A stretch of DNA of 64,000 nt. It comes from Callorhinchus milii (Eukaryota). A program made the position numbers and the translations under genes. Below, in pieces: positions 61,575 through 64,000 of the stretch (positions are counted from its first letter, which is position 1; each line of letters starts with the position of its first letter). The stretch is from contig NW_024704743.1 in the NCBI RefSeq assembly GCF_018977255.1, forward strand, positions 49,788,001 through 49,852,000, written 5' to 3'. The notes below the pieces were generated by a model that saw only the letters and a program-made list of their open reading frames with translations, did no database searches and had not been told where the DNA came from.

Positions 61575-62504
61575 TTCTCTTTCTTCACAAGGTTGCAAAC
61601 TTTCCTCTTTGTCATTGTCAGAGTGTCATTGTGGGGGTGCATTAGACGTCATTAGATGTAGATATTTGCATAGTTAGGATGAACTGCGTTGCTAATTAGT
61701 AGGCCTATGACAAGAGAGATTTCTTGGAAATGTCAACGAACATCACTGGACCCCATTTCTCTAAGGCTACTGCATTGATCAGCCTTTACAAACTAATTAG
61801 ATGTTTGCCGCAAGCATCCGTGAGGAATATCATTTTCCACACATTACAGTGTCTCACACATCATCATAGCTTTCTCCTTGAAATGCTTCATGTTGTCATC
61901 TTTCGAAATTTATATAGGTGGACAGTGAGAATTTAGAATGAGAAAATAGAAAGGTTTAAGAATGTCATTGGGAAGAGTAAAGGGATAATAATAATTATCC
62001 TTGCATTTTATATAGCACCTTATCATGTTGTTGAGAAGTCTTCAAGTGCTTCACAGAATATACTGTAAAGTGAATTAACTTTATATAATAATCCTTGCAT
62101 TTGATATATATATATATTGTATACTTTTAATTGGGCGAAACTGGCAGCCAATTGCGCATAGCAATGTCCCACAAACAGTCATGGATTGAGTGACCAAATT
62201 ATTATTATTAATTTTTAAAAGAATGAAAGAGCGGGCGTAATGGATTGAACAATCAGCAACAATATTATATTTATATTTAGAACCTTTCACTTCAGGATGA
62301 CGTCGCAAAGCGCTTCACTTCTCTTTCTTCACAAGGTTGCAAACTTTCCTCTTTGTCATTGTCAGAGTATCATTGTGGGGGTGCATTAGACGTCATTAGA
62401 TGTAGATATTTGCATAGTTAGGCTGAACTGCATTGCTAATTAGTAGGCCTATGACAAGAGAGGTTCCTTGGAAATGTCAACGAACATCACTGGATCCCAT
62501 TTCT
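61575..62504. repeat. 186-bp direct duplication (61575-61760 and 62319-62504)
   Basis: The two copies differ at only a handful of positions. Confidence 0.93.
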
Positions 62505-62583
62505 ATCGATCAACAGTATAGACGTTATGCATTTCTTCCCAACTGGGCGGAAATACATAATGTCTATACTGTTGATCGATAGA
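62502..62583. repeat. 82-nt near-perfect inverted repeat (hairpin)
   Basis: tctatcgatcaacagtatagac / gtctatactgttgatcgataga form a perfect 22-bp basal stem within ~39-bp arms. Confidence 0.92.
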
Positions 62584-62590
62584 CGAAGGG

Positions 62591-62847
62591 GATGCGAGAC
62601 CTGAAATTTCACCAAGTATTTGTCTGTTAGACTATTTTGCCCGAATAGTTTATATAATGCAAAATTGTGGAAAATTCTTAAATTAAGTTGTTAAGTGTTA
62701 TTTTGGAAGCGGTTTTCCATAGTTTCTTTAAAAAAACTTCCAAATTAACATTAACTGTAAGAATTTTCCACAATATGCATCATGTTCAATTTTTAGACCA
62801 AATGGTCCAACAGGTTAGACTAATTGGAAAATGTCGGCCTTAGCATC
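62591..62847. mobile_element. Old foldback/MITE-like palindromic element
   Basis: Perfect inner inverted repeat attgtggaaaattctta (62664-62680) / taagaattttccacaat (62758-62774), with degenerate outer arms gatgc...gcatc. Confidence 0.6.
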
Positions 62848-64000
62848 TTGTGGTACTCGCCAATTATATAGTGAACATTCTGCCTTGGGGTTTCAACTCA
62901 ATATCCCTTGACTCTTTCAAGGACAATCCTGAGTTTATGTCCTCCCGTTGTTACTAATATTTCAAGCAGCAGGAGTATTTTTGAACTTTCAACACTCTCC
63001 AAACCTGTCAGGATTTCAGAAGTCTCTCAACTAAAAAAAAAGGTCATTCAGTACAGGTGTTTGTGGGTTATTGCTGTGCTCAAATTGGCTTCGCGTTTGC
63101 ACACTAAATACACATAGCCACATCACTTTACATTGCATCCTGTGAGGCGGTTTGAGACATCTTGACAATGTGATGAGGCATTATATCAAATGCAAGGATT
63201 ATTATTATTAATAATATATAGCCTCTCAAAGATTTTACAAGTGACAATTTGATTTGAAGTGACTAAGTAGCAAAGCTCTGAGAATGAGCAACTGAAATGC
63301 AGGCAAAGTCTATTTGAAACTTGTATTTCAGTTGGAATGGATGTCTATGTTAATTATATTTTGACTGCTTAAATATGCATGGTTACTGTTTATTTTGTTG
63401 TATTTTTATGAACCTTGAATAGCAGTATTTTGTGTAACAAGTACAGGTAGTTTGCCTCCAATATAAACTGGCACTATTCTTCACAGTAAATTCTTGTAAA
63501 TTGGTTTGACACATTTCTCTGACGTGATAAGATGCTGTATCAAATGCAAGGATTATTATTATGATTATTATAAAGGAGTTTTCTTTCTTCTTTATTTCCA
63601 TAATCTTCTGTGCAATAAGTTATAAGATAAAATTGTCCTAGAGACAAAGAGTGGTTGCAATTTCAAAATATTCCACAGTATGTAGAAAATATATTTAAAA
63701 AATGTTGATAGTGGTGATGTTCTGACAAGATTTCAGTCTTTGCTCATTATTTCTATGGTGATGAGACATGGAAAATATTCAAACCTTGGCTAAAAGGCCA
63801 AACCTTAGTTTTAAGTAAGGTGTAATAAAGAGGAAGCAATGAATAAGAACATGCAATGGCAGAAGAGATATGGATTGTCAGGTTGGGGAATGCAATATGA
63901 GTTGAGAAGAAGCTTGTAGGCATTAGGACACATAAGAACATAAAAATATAAGAAATGTTAGGTGAAAAAAAGACCAAGGTCCATCTAATTCGCCTTCCAC

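Noticed and set aside
51750..64000. Upstream ADCY2 exon (exon 3 equivalent)
   Set aside because: I found no matching coding segment by eye. It probably lies beyond the window, though I may have missed it.

Overview
Vertebrate genomic DNA, most likely a cartilaginous fish (chimaera/elephant-shark-like). That assignment is inferred from the repeat landscape and not proven. The whole window lies inside one large minus-strand gene, adenylate cyclase type 2 (ADCY2). I traced ten coding exons by hand (equivalent to human exons about 4-13), all with canonical AG/GT boundaries and consistent phase. They encode the end of the first TM bundle, the C1a catalytic domain (both metal-binding Asp motifs, ADIVGFT and GDCYY, intact) and C1b. 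Almost all other listed ORFs are spurious. The introns are dense in tRNA-headed SINEs with DeuSINE/L2-like 3' ends and in L2 and CR1 LINE fragments. Most notable observations: (1) a poly(A)-tailed element with a perfect 23-nt U2 snRNA head fused to a LINE-like 3' UTR, whose apparent partner LINE fragment lies 34 kb away; (2) a 1.45-kb LTR-type insertion with nested TG...CA termini and hairpin-forming tandem repeats; (3) Penelope-like fragments with hammerhead-ribozyme core motifs; (4) a SINE with twin-priming-like 5' inversion; (5) a 186-bp local duplication ending in an 82-nt hairpin.
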